This document shows, in pieces, positions 50,094 through 59,261 of a stretch of 64,000 nucleotides of DNA. The translations under genes were made by a program, and so were the position numbers. How positions within the stretch are numbered: the first letter of the stretch is position 1; each line of letters begins with the position of its first letter. The notes beneath the pieces were generated by a model that had not been told where the DNA came from, made no database searches, and saw only the letters and a program-made list of their open reading frames with translations. The stretch comes from Candidatus Latescibacterota bacterium (GTDB taxonomy: Bacteria > Latescibacterota > UBA2968 > SICM01), in NCBI GenBank assembly GCA_965217865.1, contig CBDCJO010000002.1:5536001-5600000 (forward strand), read 5' to 3'.

Positions 50094-53000
50094 TTACGAC
50101 CACGCTTCTTTGATCACGCGGCGCGTCCAGAGAGCCAGGTCGTCCAGCAGGGTATAGAGGGTAGGGGCCAGGACCAACGTAAGCAGCGTGGAGCTCGCAA
50201 GCCCGCAAACCACCACCAGTCCCACCGGCCCCCAGCGGCGTGCAAAACCTTCCGAAGTGCCGTAGATCATCGGGAGGACAAGGGGCATCAGGTTCAGGAT
50301 AGTCGTGAAGGCCGTCATCAGGATGGGCCGCATGCGGTTCTGTCCCCCGCGCAGGACCGCCTCGTAGCGGGGAAGGCCCTCTCGACGGAAGTGGTTGATA
50401 TGATCGATCAGAACGATCCCGTTGTTCACGACGATCCCGAAGAGAATCAACAGGCCAAGCACACCGTTGTTGTCCATCGGAATGTCCAGGGCGTACAGAC
50501 CAAGGGAGACCCCGATCAAGGAGAAGGGGATCGCCAACATGATGGTGAAAGGATGGATCAGTGATTCGAAAAGAGAGGCCATGATCAGGTAGATCAGGAG
50601 AAGTGCGAAGAGCATCATGAAATACCCCTCGCGGGTATCCTGCTGCATCCACCTGGCCGCTCGTCCAAGATCCCAGGAATAACCCGACGGGAGCGTCTTC
50701 GAGGCCATCATCTCCCTGATCTGCCCCATGAGTTGGAAAGCCTGTCTCCGGTCCTCGGTATTGGCGAAGACCGTCAGGGTGGGAAGACGATCCTCACGTT
50801 TGAGATCCCGTGGCCCTTCCTGCACCCGAAAATTTGCCAGTGCCCCCAGCTGAATTCGTGCCCCGTCTCTCCCCTGAAAGCGGCTGTTCTTGAGCTGTTC
50901 CACATCCACCCGGTCCTTATCCTGTAACTGGAGTACGATATCGATCTCCCTATCCTCCGCCTTAAAACTGCTGGTTCGACGCGTACCAAGAGCGGTCGCG
51001 ATCGTCGTGGCGACCTCTCGGGGGGAGAGGCCGTAGCTTAATGCCTGTTCCCGGTCCACCTCCACCCGGATCTCCTCTTCTCCATCCTCCATGCTGGTGT
51101 CCACGTCCTGGACCCCCGGAAATCGCTCCAACTCACCTTTGACCTCTTCGGCAAGCACGGCCAATACGTCCGGGTCACGTCCCTTCAACTCCACCTCCAC
51201 CCCCAGAAGGGGGCCAGCCCAACTTCGGGTTCGACCCACCTTGTATCGGACGCCTACCTTCCGCGGCAGGAGCCGCTTAATCGCAATACCGGCCTCCATC
51301 GTAGAAAGCGCGCCCTCGTCCGCGTCCACCAGACGGGCGGTCAGGCTCCCCCGGCGCTGCCCGAATCGGGACGAAAGCGAAGCCAGGTCCAGCTGGTCCT
51401 TCCGGGCGATTACCGCGCCCTCCATCTCGCCGAAAATCTCACGAACCTCTTCCAGGCTGTAGCTTCGATCCAGTTCCACGGTGATATCGACACGCCGCTC
51501 CGGGCTCCATGGGGTTCCCCGCTGTTCGATCTGAAGATAGAGGTAGACTCCCGTGCCGAACAGAACAAGGGTTCCGGCCAGGGTCCAGAACCTGTGATTC
51601 AAGGTCCAGTCCAACACTTTCGCGTAAGTCGCGCGCATCCCGTGCGTATGAAATCTCCAGAGAAGCCCGGAGAGGAGGATAAAGGCCGCCAGAACCCCTG
51701 CACATGTAGACCACTCCATCCCCATCAGGGATTCCCCGATCCGACCGAACCATTGAACCATCCAGGCCCGGAATACCCCCAACCCCATCTTGTAAATCTT
51801 CCATCCGGAAAGCCCGATGAATATGCTTGCAAGTGTCAATTTCAGCCAGGGATCGAACCTATTATAGTCCGACCTGAACAACCGTGAGCTGGTCAGAGGG
51901 ATCACCGAAAGTGCCACCAGCATGGAGACCCCGATGGCCAGACAGATGGTCAGACCCGCGTCCCCCAGCCAGGCGGTCATCCGACTGCCGGTCAGGAAGA
52001 AAAACGGGATGAACACACACATGGTGGTCAACCCTGAGGCAAACACTGCCATCCCGACCTCTCGTGTCCCGATTAATGCCGCTTCCCGCGGTTTCATTCC
52101 ATCCTCGTTACGCTTTCGGAAGATGCTCTCCAGGGTGACCACAGCGGGGTCCACCAGCATCCCCACCGCGAGCATCAGCCCCATCATCGAGACCATGTTG
52201 AGGGTGATGGTCGAACCGAAAATAGTTCTCGCAAGATACATACCCGTGAACACGCAAAGAGCCGATACAGGGATCGCAACGGCAATGACAAGGGTGCTCC
52301 GGATGTCTCTCAAGAACAGAAAGATGATCCCGATGGCCAGAAAGGCTCCCAAGAAAGCGGAGTTCGTCAGATTGTCGACTTCCCCCAGGACTTGCTTGGA
52401 CCGGTCCCTGACGATCTGGATATCCAGCTGACCTTTGTAGCTTTTCCGGACATCCTCCAGGGCCTGCCGCGCCGCTCGAGCAACGTCCACGACCGTTGCG
52501 ACAGAGGACTTGTAAATCTGTACCGTCACGGCATCGACCCCGTTGAGCCGCTCGTAACTCCTTTTCTCCGGATAATCGTAGACGACCCTGCCCAGGTCCC
52601 TCATTCTAAGTTCACGACCACCCAGCGGCATCTGGCTGATCTCATCCGGGGTCTCGAATTCACCCAGAGCTCGAACCAGATATCGCTGATCCCCATCCAT
52701 AACCCGACCGAGAGAGATGTTGATGTTGTTGTTGCGCACCTGCCAGGTCAGAGCGGGCAAACTCACCCCGTGATCCTCCAGCCTATCCTGATCCAGCTTA
52801 ACGATCAACTGCTTCTCAGCCAGGCCCCGGACCTCGACGTTGGCCACCCCGTCCAAACGCAGCAAGCGGGGTTCAATCACTTTACGAACGATATCGAATA
52901 ACCTGTCCCCTCCCCCACGCCAGGCGATGTTCGCATACAGGATCGGCCGCTCATCCGTTCTCCACCGCCGCATCCGTATTTGATCCAGATCCTCAGGCAG

Positions 53001-53354
53001 GATCCCCTTTACCTGATCAACCCTGTCCCGCACTTCCATACTGGCGAGGTCCATATCCGTACCCGATTTGAACTCCACCCGGACCGATGCTCCATCCTTC
53101 GAAGAGGTGGCACTCATCCTCTCGACATTTCCCAGTGTGCCCAGGGTCTCCTGAAGCGGAATCGTGATTTTTCGCTCCACCTCCTCGGGAGAGGATGAAG
53201 GGTAGCCGACGCTAACGGTTATGGATGAAGATGAAAAGCTCGGGAGCTGCTCCAGGGGGAGTCGGGTCAGGGATACGACACCCAGAACCACAGCGCTCAG
53301 GGTGATCATCACAAGGGAGACCGGCCGTTTTATCGCAAATTCAGCAAGGTTCAT
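50094..53354 (-). CDS. RND efflux permease (AcrB/SwrC-like), second subunit
   Basis: AIKRPV, GMLVD, FESLIHP, GIVVNNGIV and RMRPILMT motifs. Confidence 0.93.
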   Translation of the reverse strand: MNLAEFAIKRPVSLVMITLSAVVLGVVSLTRLPLEQLPSFSSSSITVSVGYPSSSPEEVERKITIPLQETLGTLGNVERMSATSSKDGASVRVEFKSGTDMDLASMEVRDRVDQVKGILPEDLDQIRMRRWRTDERPILYANIAWRGGGDRLFDIVRKVIEPRLLRLDGVANVEVRGLAEKQLIVKLDQDRLEDHGVSLPALTWQVRNNNINISLGRVMDGDQRYLVRALGEFETPDEISQMPLGGRELRMRDLGRVVYDYPEKRSYERLNGVDAVTVQIYKSSVATVVDVARAARQALEDVRKSYKGQLDIQIVRDRSKQVLGEVDNLTNSAFLGAFLAIGIIFLFLRDIRSTLVIAVAIPVSALCVFTGMYLARTIFGSTITLNMVSMMGLMLAVGMLVDPAVVTLESIFRKRNEDGMKPREAALIGTREVGMAVFASGLTTMCVFIPFFFLTGSRMTAWLGDAGLTICLAIGVSMLVALSVIPLTSSRLFRSDYNRFDPWLKLTLASIFIGLSGWKIYKMGLGVFRAWMVQWFGRIGESLMGMEWSTCAGVLAAFILLSGLLWRFHTHGMRATYAKVLDWTLNHRFWTLAGTLVLFGTGVYLYLQIEQRGTPWSPERRVDITVELDRSYSLEEVREIFGEMEGAVIARKDQLDLASLSSRFGQRRGSLTARLVDADEGALSTMEAGIAIKRLLPRKVGVRYKVGRTRSWAGPLLGVEVELKGRDPDVLAVLAEEVKGELERFPGVQDVDTSMEDGEEEIRVEVDREQALSYGLSPREVATTIATALGTRRTSSFKAEDREIDIVLQLQDKDRVDVEQLKNSRFQGRDGARIQLGALANFRVQEGPRDLKREDRLPTLTVFANTEDRRQAFQLMGQIREMMASKTLPSGYSWDLGRAARWMQQDTREGYFMMLFALLLIYLIMASLFESLIHPFTIMLAIPFSLIGVSLGLYALDIPMDNNGVLGLLILFGIVVNNGIVLIDHINHFRREGLPRYEAVLRGGQNRMRPILMTAFTTILNLMPLVLPMIYGTSEGFARRWGPVGLVVVCGLASSTLLTLVLAPTLYTLLDDLALWTRRVIKEAWS

Positions 53355-53373
53355 AAGAAAATTGGGTTATGAG

Positions 53374-53408
53374 GGTCTGAAGTCCGGGGTCGAAAGTCAC
53401 GAGTCGGG
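53374..53408. repeat. Degenerate heptamer tandem (RGTCnnn)x5
   Basis: GGTCTGA AGTCCGG GGTCGAA AGTCACG AGTCGGG between the two RND genes. Confidence 0.55.
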
Positions 53409-53417
53409 ATTGAAGTG

Positions 53418-56400
53418 TCATTCCCCACGGTCCACGATCGTATACACGATCGGTATCAGAATCAGGGTCAGCAGTGTGGATACGATGAGCCCCCCGATCA
53501 CCGTGATGGCCATTGGCGCGCGAATCTCGGCGCCTTCGCCCAGGCCAAGGGCCATCGGAAGCAGCCCCAGAACCGTGGTCGTTGTGGTCATGATGATCGG
53601 CCGAAAGCGGAGGGCGCCGGCACGAAGGACCGCATCAATTTTTGCCATCCCATCCCGTCTGCGGAGCTGATTGATATAGTCCACGAGAACGATCGCATTG
53701 TTCACGACAATTCCGGCGAGCATGATCAGTCCGATCAGGACGACCACGCTGATCGTCTGCCCGGTTATCATCAAGGCCAGAACGCTACCCACCAGACCCA
53801 GGGGAATGGTGCAGAGAATCACCAGGGGGTGAAGGAGGGACTCGAATTGAGAGGCCATCACCAGGTAGACCAGAAACACAGCCAGGAAAAGGGCAAATTT
53901 CATGCTGTCAAAAGATCGGACCATTTCCTCGTTCTGGCCTCCTACCGAAATGTCGAAACCTTCTGGAAGGGGGATCCCGGCCACGGCAACCTCGATATCC
54001 CGAACGACCCCTCCCAGATCCCGCCCGCTCAAATTTCCACCGACAACGGCCACCCGTTCCTGGTCCCGCCGACGGATCTCCGCAGCACCCACCACCAGCC
54101 TGACCTCCGCGACGGCTTCGAGCGGAACCGGTACCGGATATGAAGGCGGACCGACGTTCATCCGCTTCAAGTCGGCGACATCCTTTCGTTCATCTTCGAT
54201 TGCGCGGACCCGAATATCGATTTTCCGATCCTTTCGAGTCAGCGCCGTCGCAACGTCCCCCCGGAGTTTGTTTCTCAGAATCCCCCCGATGGCCTGAATC
54301 GTCGTCCCCAATTCTGCAACCCTTTGTCGGTCGAAGACCACCTGAATTTCTGGCTGTCCTTCCTCGGCACTCGACTTGACATCCACAAGCCCGGATATCC
54401 CCTCAATCCGTTCGGCTACCTCGGCGGCCAACAACCTCAGGGTGGTCAAATTATAGCCTGAGACCTCAACCTCGACAGGGGTTCTGAAAGAGAAGTAGGA
54501 CGGACGGGAGAATTTAAACCTCAAGTCCGGGACGCCACCAAGCCCATCGCGCACCTGTTCAACGACCCGGGTTTCATCCTCACGGGAAAAACCGGGGGTG
54601 AGACGGACGTACAACTGGGCGACGTGCTCTTTCTTTTCGTCCGCATACCCTCCCGCCTCCCCGCTGGCCCCGACCAACCCGAACACCGTCCCTACGCCAT
54701 CCAGGTCCAGAACCCTGCTGTCCAGGTCTGCCACCCGGAGGGCGGTTGTCTCCAACGGAGTGCCCGCCGGCCACTCCAGATCCACCATAAATTCCCCTTG
54801 GTTCATCTCCGGAATCAGCTCGAGCCCCAGGCGCTGAGCACGGTATAGGATGAGTGAGGATATAAGAATGAATCCGAGCAGGATCGGGATCCGTCTTCGA
54901 AGCGACCAGCCGAGAACGATCGGATATTGTTGACTCACGCAGGAATAGGCCGAATCAAACCCCCGAAAAAGGGGAAAGAGAAGCAATTTCACGAAGTTTC
55001 CCACCACTACGAACATACTCCGAAGCCTTTTCAGCACAGCGGCGGGACCGCGAATGAGCTTACCCCCGTGCCCCGACTCACCGTCCGCCCCCGGACCGTT
55101 TATGGCGATCGACGACAACATCGGGATCAACATCAGGGCGACCACCAGAGACGCCAGGAGGGAATAGGTGACGGTCAGGGCCTGATCGCGAAAGAGCTGA
55201 CCCGCCACTCCCTCCACGAACACAATCGGAACAAACACACAGACAGTGGTCAAGGTGGCGGCCACGACCGCCCTTCCCACCTCGCTGCTCCCACGCCTGG
55301 CCGCTTCCAGATCGGACAGCCCCTGATTTCGATAGCGATGAACGTTTTCGAGGACCACAATGGAGTTGTCGACAAGCATGCCGATACCAAGGGCAAGGCC
55401 CCCAAGAGACATAATGTTCAGGGTCACGTCGGACCCGAACATCAGGAAAAATGTGGCCAGCACCGAGATTGGAATGGATAATCCGATAATGACCGTGCTT
55501 TTAAGGCTCCTGAGGAAAAGATACAGGACGAGGATCGCCAGGAAACCGCCGAGGATCGCGGTGTTCTGCACCGCCTCGACGGCCTGCTGGATGAAGGTCG
55601 CCTGATCGAAGACCACCTGGATTTCACTTCCTTTTAAAAGATCCTCATATTCAAGGTTAATCGTATCCAGTTTTTGCCTGATGGTCCGGCTTACATGGAC
55701 GGTGTTCGCATCCCCCTCCTTGAATAAAGCGATTTCAACCCCTTCCTGACCGTTGATTCGTGTGATCACCTCCCGCTCCCTGTGGCTTCTCAGCACCCTT
55801 CCCACGTCGTTCAGTTTCAGAGGGGCCTGTCCGATCTGGCCCACCACGATATCTCCGATCTCCTCCATGCCACGGAATTCATTCAGTGTCCGTACCAAAA
55901 ATTCTGCCTCTCCATCTTTGAGGAGCCCTCCGGTAAGGTTCACATTTTCCGAGGCCAACCGGTCGGTTACCTGGTTTATGGGTATGCCGAGTTGGGCCAA
56001 TCGGGCGGTTTCCACTTCCACGTGAACCTCCTCCTCCAGACCCCCTTCGACCCGTACCGCTGCGACCCCTTCAAGGCTCTCCAGGTCCAACCGGATCCTC
56101 TCCTCCGCGATTCGTCTAAGTTCCATCAAGCCCGGTCCTCCGGACAGGGCCACCCGCATAATCGGATCCAGTGATGGATCGAACCGGAGAAGCACCGGCT
56201 TGCTGGCCTCCCGGGGCAACTGGGCAAGATCGAGTTTCTCTCGGATATCCAGGGAGGCGAAATCCATGTCGGTTCCCCAGACGAATTCAACCACCACATC
56301 CGAAACCCCCGCCCGGGAGATAGAACTCACCTGGATCACATTGCTCACCACCCCGACCAGACCTTCAATAGGCTCGGAGATAAGGCGTTCGATCTCGTTG

Positions 56401-56567
56401 GGTGCCGCCCCCGGGTACTCGGTACGGATCGTGATCGTCGGATAGGTGATATCAGGAAGGAGGTTCAGAGAAAGGCGGGAATAACCGACCAATCCAAAAG
56501 CGATGATGGCCACTTTCAACATGGCCACCGTAACACGACGACGGGTTGAGAATTCAACCAGCTTCAT
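53418..56567 (-). CDS. RND efflux permease (AcrB/SwrC-like), first subunit
   Basis: LLPDITYP, GMLVDNSIVVLEN, QFESLLHP and RFRPIIMTT motifs. Confidence 0.95.
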   Translation of the reverse strand: MKLVEFSTRRRVTVAMLKVAIIAFGLVGYSRLSLNLLPDITYPTITIRTEYPGAAPNEIERLISEPIEGLVGVVSNVIQVSSISRAGVSDVVVEFVWGTDMDFASLDIREKLDLAQLPREASKPVLLRFDPSLDPIMRVALSGGPGLMELRRIAEERIRLDLESLEGVAAVRVEGGLEEEVHVEVETARLAQLGIPINQVTDRLASENVNLTGGLLKDGEAEFLVRTLNEFRGMEEIGDIVVGQIGQAPLKLNDVGRVLRSHREREVITRINGQEGVEIALFKEGDANTVHVSRTIRQKLDTINLEYEDLLKGSEIQVVFDQATFIQQAVEAVQNTAILGGFLAILVLYLFLRSLKSTVIIGLSIPISVLATFFLMFGSDVTLNIMSLGGLALGIGMLVDNSIVVLENVHRYRNQGLSDLEAARRGSSEVGRAVVAATLTTVCVFVPIVFVEGVAGQLFRDQALTVTYSLLASLVVALMLIPMLSSIAINGPGADGESGHGGKLIRGPAAVLKRLRSMFVVVGNFVKLLLFPLFRGFDSAYSCVSQQYPIVLGWSLRRRIPILLGFILISSLILYRAQRLGLELIPEMNQGEFMVDLEWPAGTPLETTALRVADLDSRVLDLDGVGTVFGLVGASGEAGGYADEKKEHVAQLYVRLTPGFSREDETRVVEQVRDGLGGVPDLRFKFSRPSYFSFRTPVEVEVSGYNLTTLRLLAAEVAERIEGISGLVDVKSSAEEGQPEIQVVFDRQRVAELGTTIQAIGGILRNKLRGDVATALTRKDRKIDIRVRAIEDERKDVADLKRMNVGPPSYPVPVPLEAVAEVRLVVGAAEIRRRDQERVAVVGGNLSGRDLGGVVRDIEVAVAGIPLPEGFDISVGGQNEEMVRSFDSMKFALFLAVFLVYLVMASQFESLLHPLVILCTIPLGLVGSVLALMITGQTISVVVLIGLIMLAGIVVNNAIVLVDYINQLRRRDGMAKIDAVLRAGALRFRPIIMTTTTTVLGLLPMALGLGEGAEIRAPMAITVIGGLIVSTLLTLILIPIVYTIVDRGE

Positions 56568-57811
56568 TGCATATCCATCCGCTGCCGCCGACCCACGGGG
56601 CGTACGGCCGCACCATCCTTCAAACCCTCTTGACCGACGGTAATCACCCGGCCCCCCTCCTCAAGCCCGCTCAGTACCTCCACCCGTTCCCCATCCGTGA
56701 ACCCGAGCTCGATTCGAGTACGCCGGGCCGTACCGCGGTCGAGCACAAAAACATCGTCCTCGTCGGTTTCCAATATTAGGGCCTTCTTGGGTATGATCAA
56801 TGCCCTGGGATGTCGCTCTATGATGATCCTCACGGTGGCAAACATACCCGGTTTCAGAAGGCCGTGTTCCGCCGGGATCTCAACCGTGACCTTCACGGTT
56901 CCACTCTGGGGATCGACGCCCGGATTGATCATACGGACCCGGCCGGAAAATATTTTTTCAGGCAGCGAGTCTACGGAGATTCTGGCTTCCTGATCTTCCT
57001 CAACCTTATAGATTCGTTTTTCCGGAATGTGGATACGGGCATAAAGCGGGTTCAGGTCCGCCACGGCGAAGACCTCCTGATTGACCCGAACCATATCCCC
57101 CTGCTCAATCTCTCGCCGCATCACCATCCCCGGGACGGGCGCTCGGATATCGGCATACGCCAGGTTCAACCGGGCTTCCTCAAGGCTTACTCTGGTTGTT
57201 TCCATCTGGTTCCGTGCGGTTTCAAATTCCTCCTGACTGAACACTTCCCGCTCGTAAAGCTGCTGCGCCCGCTTGAAGGACCCCCGTGCCTGGTTGAGGG
57301 CTACTTCCGCCTGCTGAACGCGCAGAGCCAATTCCCTTTTGTCCAATCGAGCCAGTACCTGTCCTTCCCTGACCCGATGCCCTTCTTCCCCCACGAGCTC
57401 AATGACCAATCCCGCAGCTTGAGAAACCACATTGACCCAGCGATTCGCTTCGAGCCGGGCGTTGGTATGAATATATGCGGAGATCCCCTCCCGTCGCACG
57501 ACTTCGGTTTTTACCGGAACAGCCGCCGCCCCCTCTCGACCCCAACGCCCCCTTTGAGGAGCCCCTTTCCCTGGCCGTCGTCTCTGAGACCAGCCTCCAG
57601 ACCTCACCCTGGCCGAATCTCCCCCACCTTTGCCATCCTTGGACCAGCCTCCCCCCTGACGTTTGCGAGAGGGGTTCCCCGTCCCCCCTTTGCCATTGCC
57701 AAGCTCCTGTGAGGCCATCTTCTCGTCCCCTCCGCAACCCCCCATAGAAAATACGAGGAGGACCGAGATCCAAGATTGAATTCCCAACACGTGAGAAGTC
57801 CGATTCATCAT
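56564..57811 (-). CDS. RND periplasmic adaptor (MFP), probable lipoprotein
   Basis: MGGC lipobox-like; VREGQVLARLD, IRAPVPG, LKPGMFA and GLEEG motifs. Confidence 0.92.
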   Translation of the reverse strand: MMNRTSHVLGIQSWISVLLVFSMGGCGGDEKMASQELGNGKGGTGNPSRKRQGGGWSKDGKGGGDSARVRSGGWSQRRRPGKGAPQRGRWGREGAAAVPVKTEVVRREGISAYIHTNARLEANRWVNVVSQAAGLVIELVGEEGHRVREGQVLARLDKRELALRVQQAEVALNQARGSFKRAQQLYEREVFSQEEFETARNQMETTRVSLEEARLNLAYADIRAPVPGMVMRREIEQGDMVRVNQEVFAVADLNPLYARIHIPEKRIYKVEEDQEARISVDSLPEKIFSGRVRMINPGVDPQSGTVKVTVEIPAEHGLLKPGMFATVRIIIERHPRALIIPKKALILETDEDDVFVLDRGTARRTRIELGFTDGERVEVLSGLEEGGRVITVGQEGLKDGAAVRPVGRRQRMDMQ

Positions 57812-57874
57812 GTAAAGATTCCTCGTGTTTTGAGTCTATTGATCCATGAGCAGACGTCCCACCTCAAAAAAAGT

Positions 57875-58471
57875 TTAATCCGATTTTCGTATCGGTTTTT
57901 GCACCCCGTGCAGAAAAATTCTCAGGACCTCCTCCACCATTTCGTCGACCTTCAACTTGTCGCCGTTAAATCGCATGGTTGACCGGATCATCCCCAATAG
58001 AATTTGTGCCTCGGTTTCTGTGTGGCGGATGTCAAAATTCCCGGTGTCCGCCCCGAATCTGAGGACTTCCCCGATGATCCCGATTAACTCCCCGCGCTCC
58101 CGCCACCAGCGCTTGCGATACTCAGGTTTCCTTCCCCTCGACCGCCCACCTTCCGCACCCATCAAACGGAAGAAATTCCGGTTCCGGTTAAGAAAGGAGA
58201 CAATGGCCCATACGGATGCACGGAGTCTCTCCAGGGGGTCGAGGACTTCCGAGGTCCGATTCCGAAGTTCCTTCTTTAATTTTGCGATCGCGTCAAATAC
58301 TACGGCAGAATGGAGATCCTCCTTGTCCCGAAAATAGCGGTAAAGCGTACCCTTTCCGACACCTGCATTTTGCGCCACATCATCCATAAGGACCTGATCG
58401 AAACGTTTTTGTGAGAAGAACTTGCTTGCACTCTGCAAAATTCGCGTCTGTCTGTCGATCTGCTTCGGCAT
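57875..58471 (-). CDS. TetR/AcrR family regulator
   Basis: Probable start MPKQ at 58471; HTH MDDVAQNAGVGKGTLYRYFRDKEDL. Confidence 0.93.
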   Translation of the reverse strand: MPKQIDRQTRILQSASKFFSQKRFDQVLMDDVAQNAGVGKGTLYRYFRDKEDLHSAVVFDAIAKLKKELRNRTSEVLDPLERLRASVWAIVSFLNRNRNFFRLMGAEGGRSRGRKPEYRKRWWRERGELIGIIGEVLRFGADTGNFDIRHTETEAQILLGMIRSTMRFNGDKLKVDEMVEEVLRIFLHGVQKPIRKSD

Positions 58472-58496
58472 TCTAAAGCGATCCTTTTTCGATTGA

Positions 58497-58512
58497 AACT
58501 GACCGGTCAGTT
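58497..58512. promoter_or_regulatory. Putative TetR operator
   Basis: Perfect 16-bp palindrome AACTGACCGGTCAGTT between the candidate promoter (TTCCCC-N17-TATATT, 58552-58524) and the tetR ATG. Confidence 0.7.
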
Positions 58513-58864
58513 CTATCCAGAAGAATATACAGGATTCCAGATCTCTGGGGAAGATTATTTTCCGATTAATCGATTTTGGGGGGGAAGGGAAGGGTTCGAG
58601 GGGAATTTTTTTCGGGTTTAGAGTTACAAGTCCGACAGAGTCAATTTTTTTTCGATTCACGAGCGACCACGATTCACACCATTCCGGTTTTTACCTTTAA
58701 CCTAATCCCGCCTTAAGTTCCGAAGCCGCTTTCTCCCCTCCATAATCTGTCGATGGAGGATTGTCAGGGTTTCTTTGACCTCTTTGGCACCGCTCCTTGC
58801 GGCTTGAAGCAGGTCGTCCTCAAGTTCCTCAAGCTCTGAGATGTGGGCATCCAGGACACGCCAG

Positions 58865-59179
58865 TCATGAACCATTGCCGGCCTCCCGCTTCGACCAGAT
58901 AAAGTTCGCGGCCGATCTTAATCGGTCCATGGTCGTTCGTCTATTATGCCGAAGACAGAGATTCCGAATGACCTTTCTGGACGTGCTATCGGGTTCCGCC
59001 CGGATAAATGAGGCCGCGCTTTGCCCATGTCGATGCGCGTTTTCCATCAGGTTTGAAAAAGCCTCCACGTCCATCGCATCTGTCAATTGGGCAAGTATCG
59101 TATCGTCCTCGATGAAATCGAGTTCTCCCGGTCGGTTCGGGTTTGACAAATCCGTGATCTCAGAGAAAGGGTTGTTCAA
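58865..59179 (-). CDS. Hypothetical protein
   Basis: 104-aa ORF filling the intergenic gap, co-oriented with its neighbours; no motif recognised. Confidence 0.4.
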   Translation of the reverse strand: MNNPFSEITDLSNPNRPGELDFIEDDTILAQLTDAMDVEAFSNLMENAHRHGQSAASFIRAEPDSTSRKVIRNLCLRHNRRTTMDRLRSAANFIWSKREAGNGS

Positions 59180-59261
59180 CGGCGAATTATTGTGGACTTT
59201 CTTAACCTGTATACCAAGATATGCCGACGTTTACGGGATGTCAAGCCGATTCAGGACCTGC

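Noticed and set aside
58785-58800. Sigma-54-like TGGCAC…TTGC
   Set aside because: GG-to-GC spacing is 11 rather than the required 10, and no plus-strand gene follows
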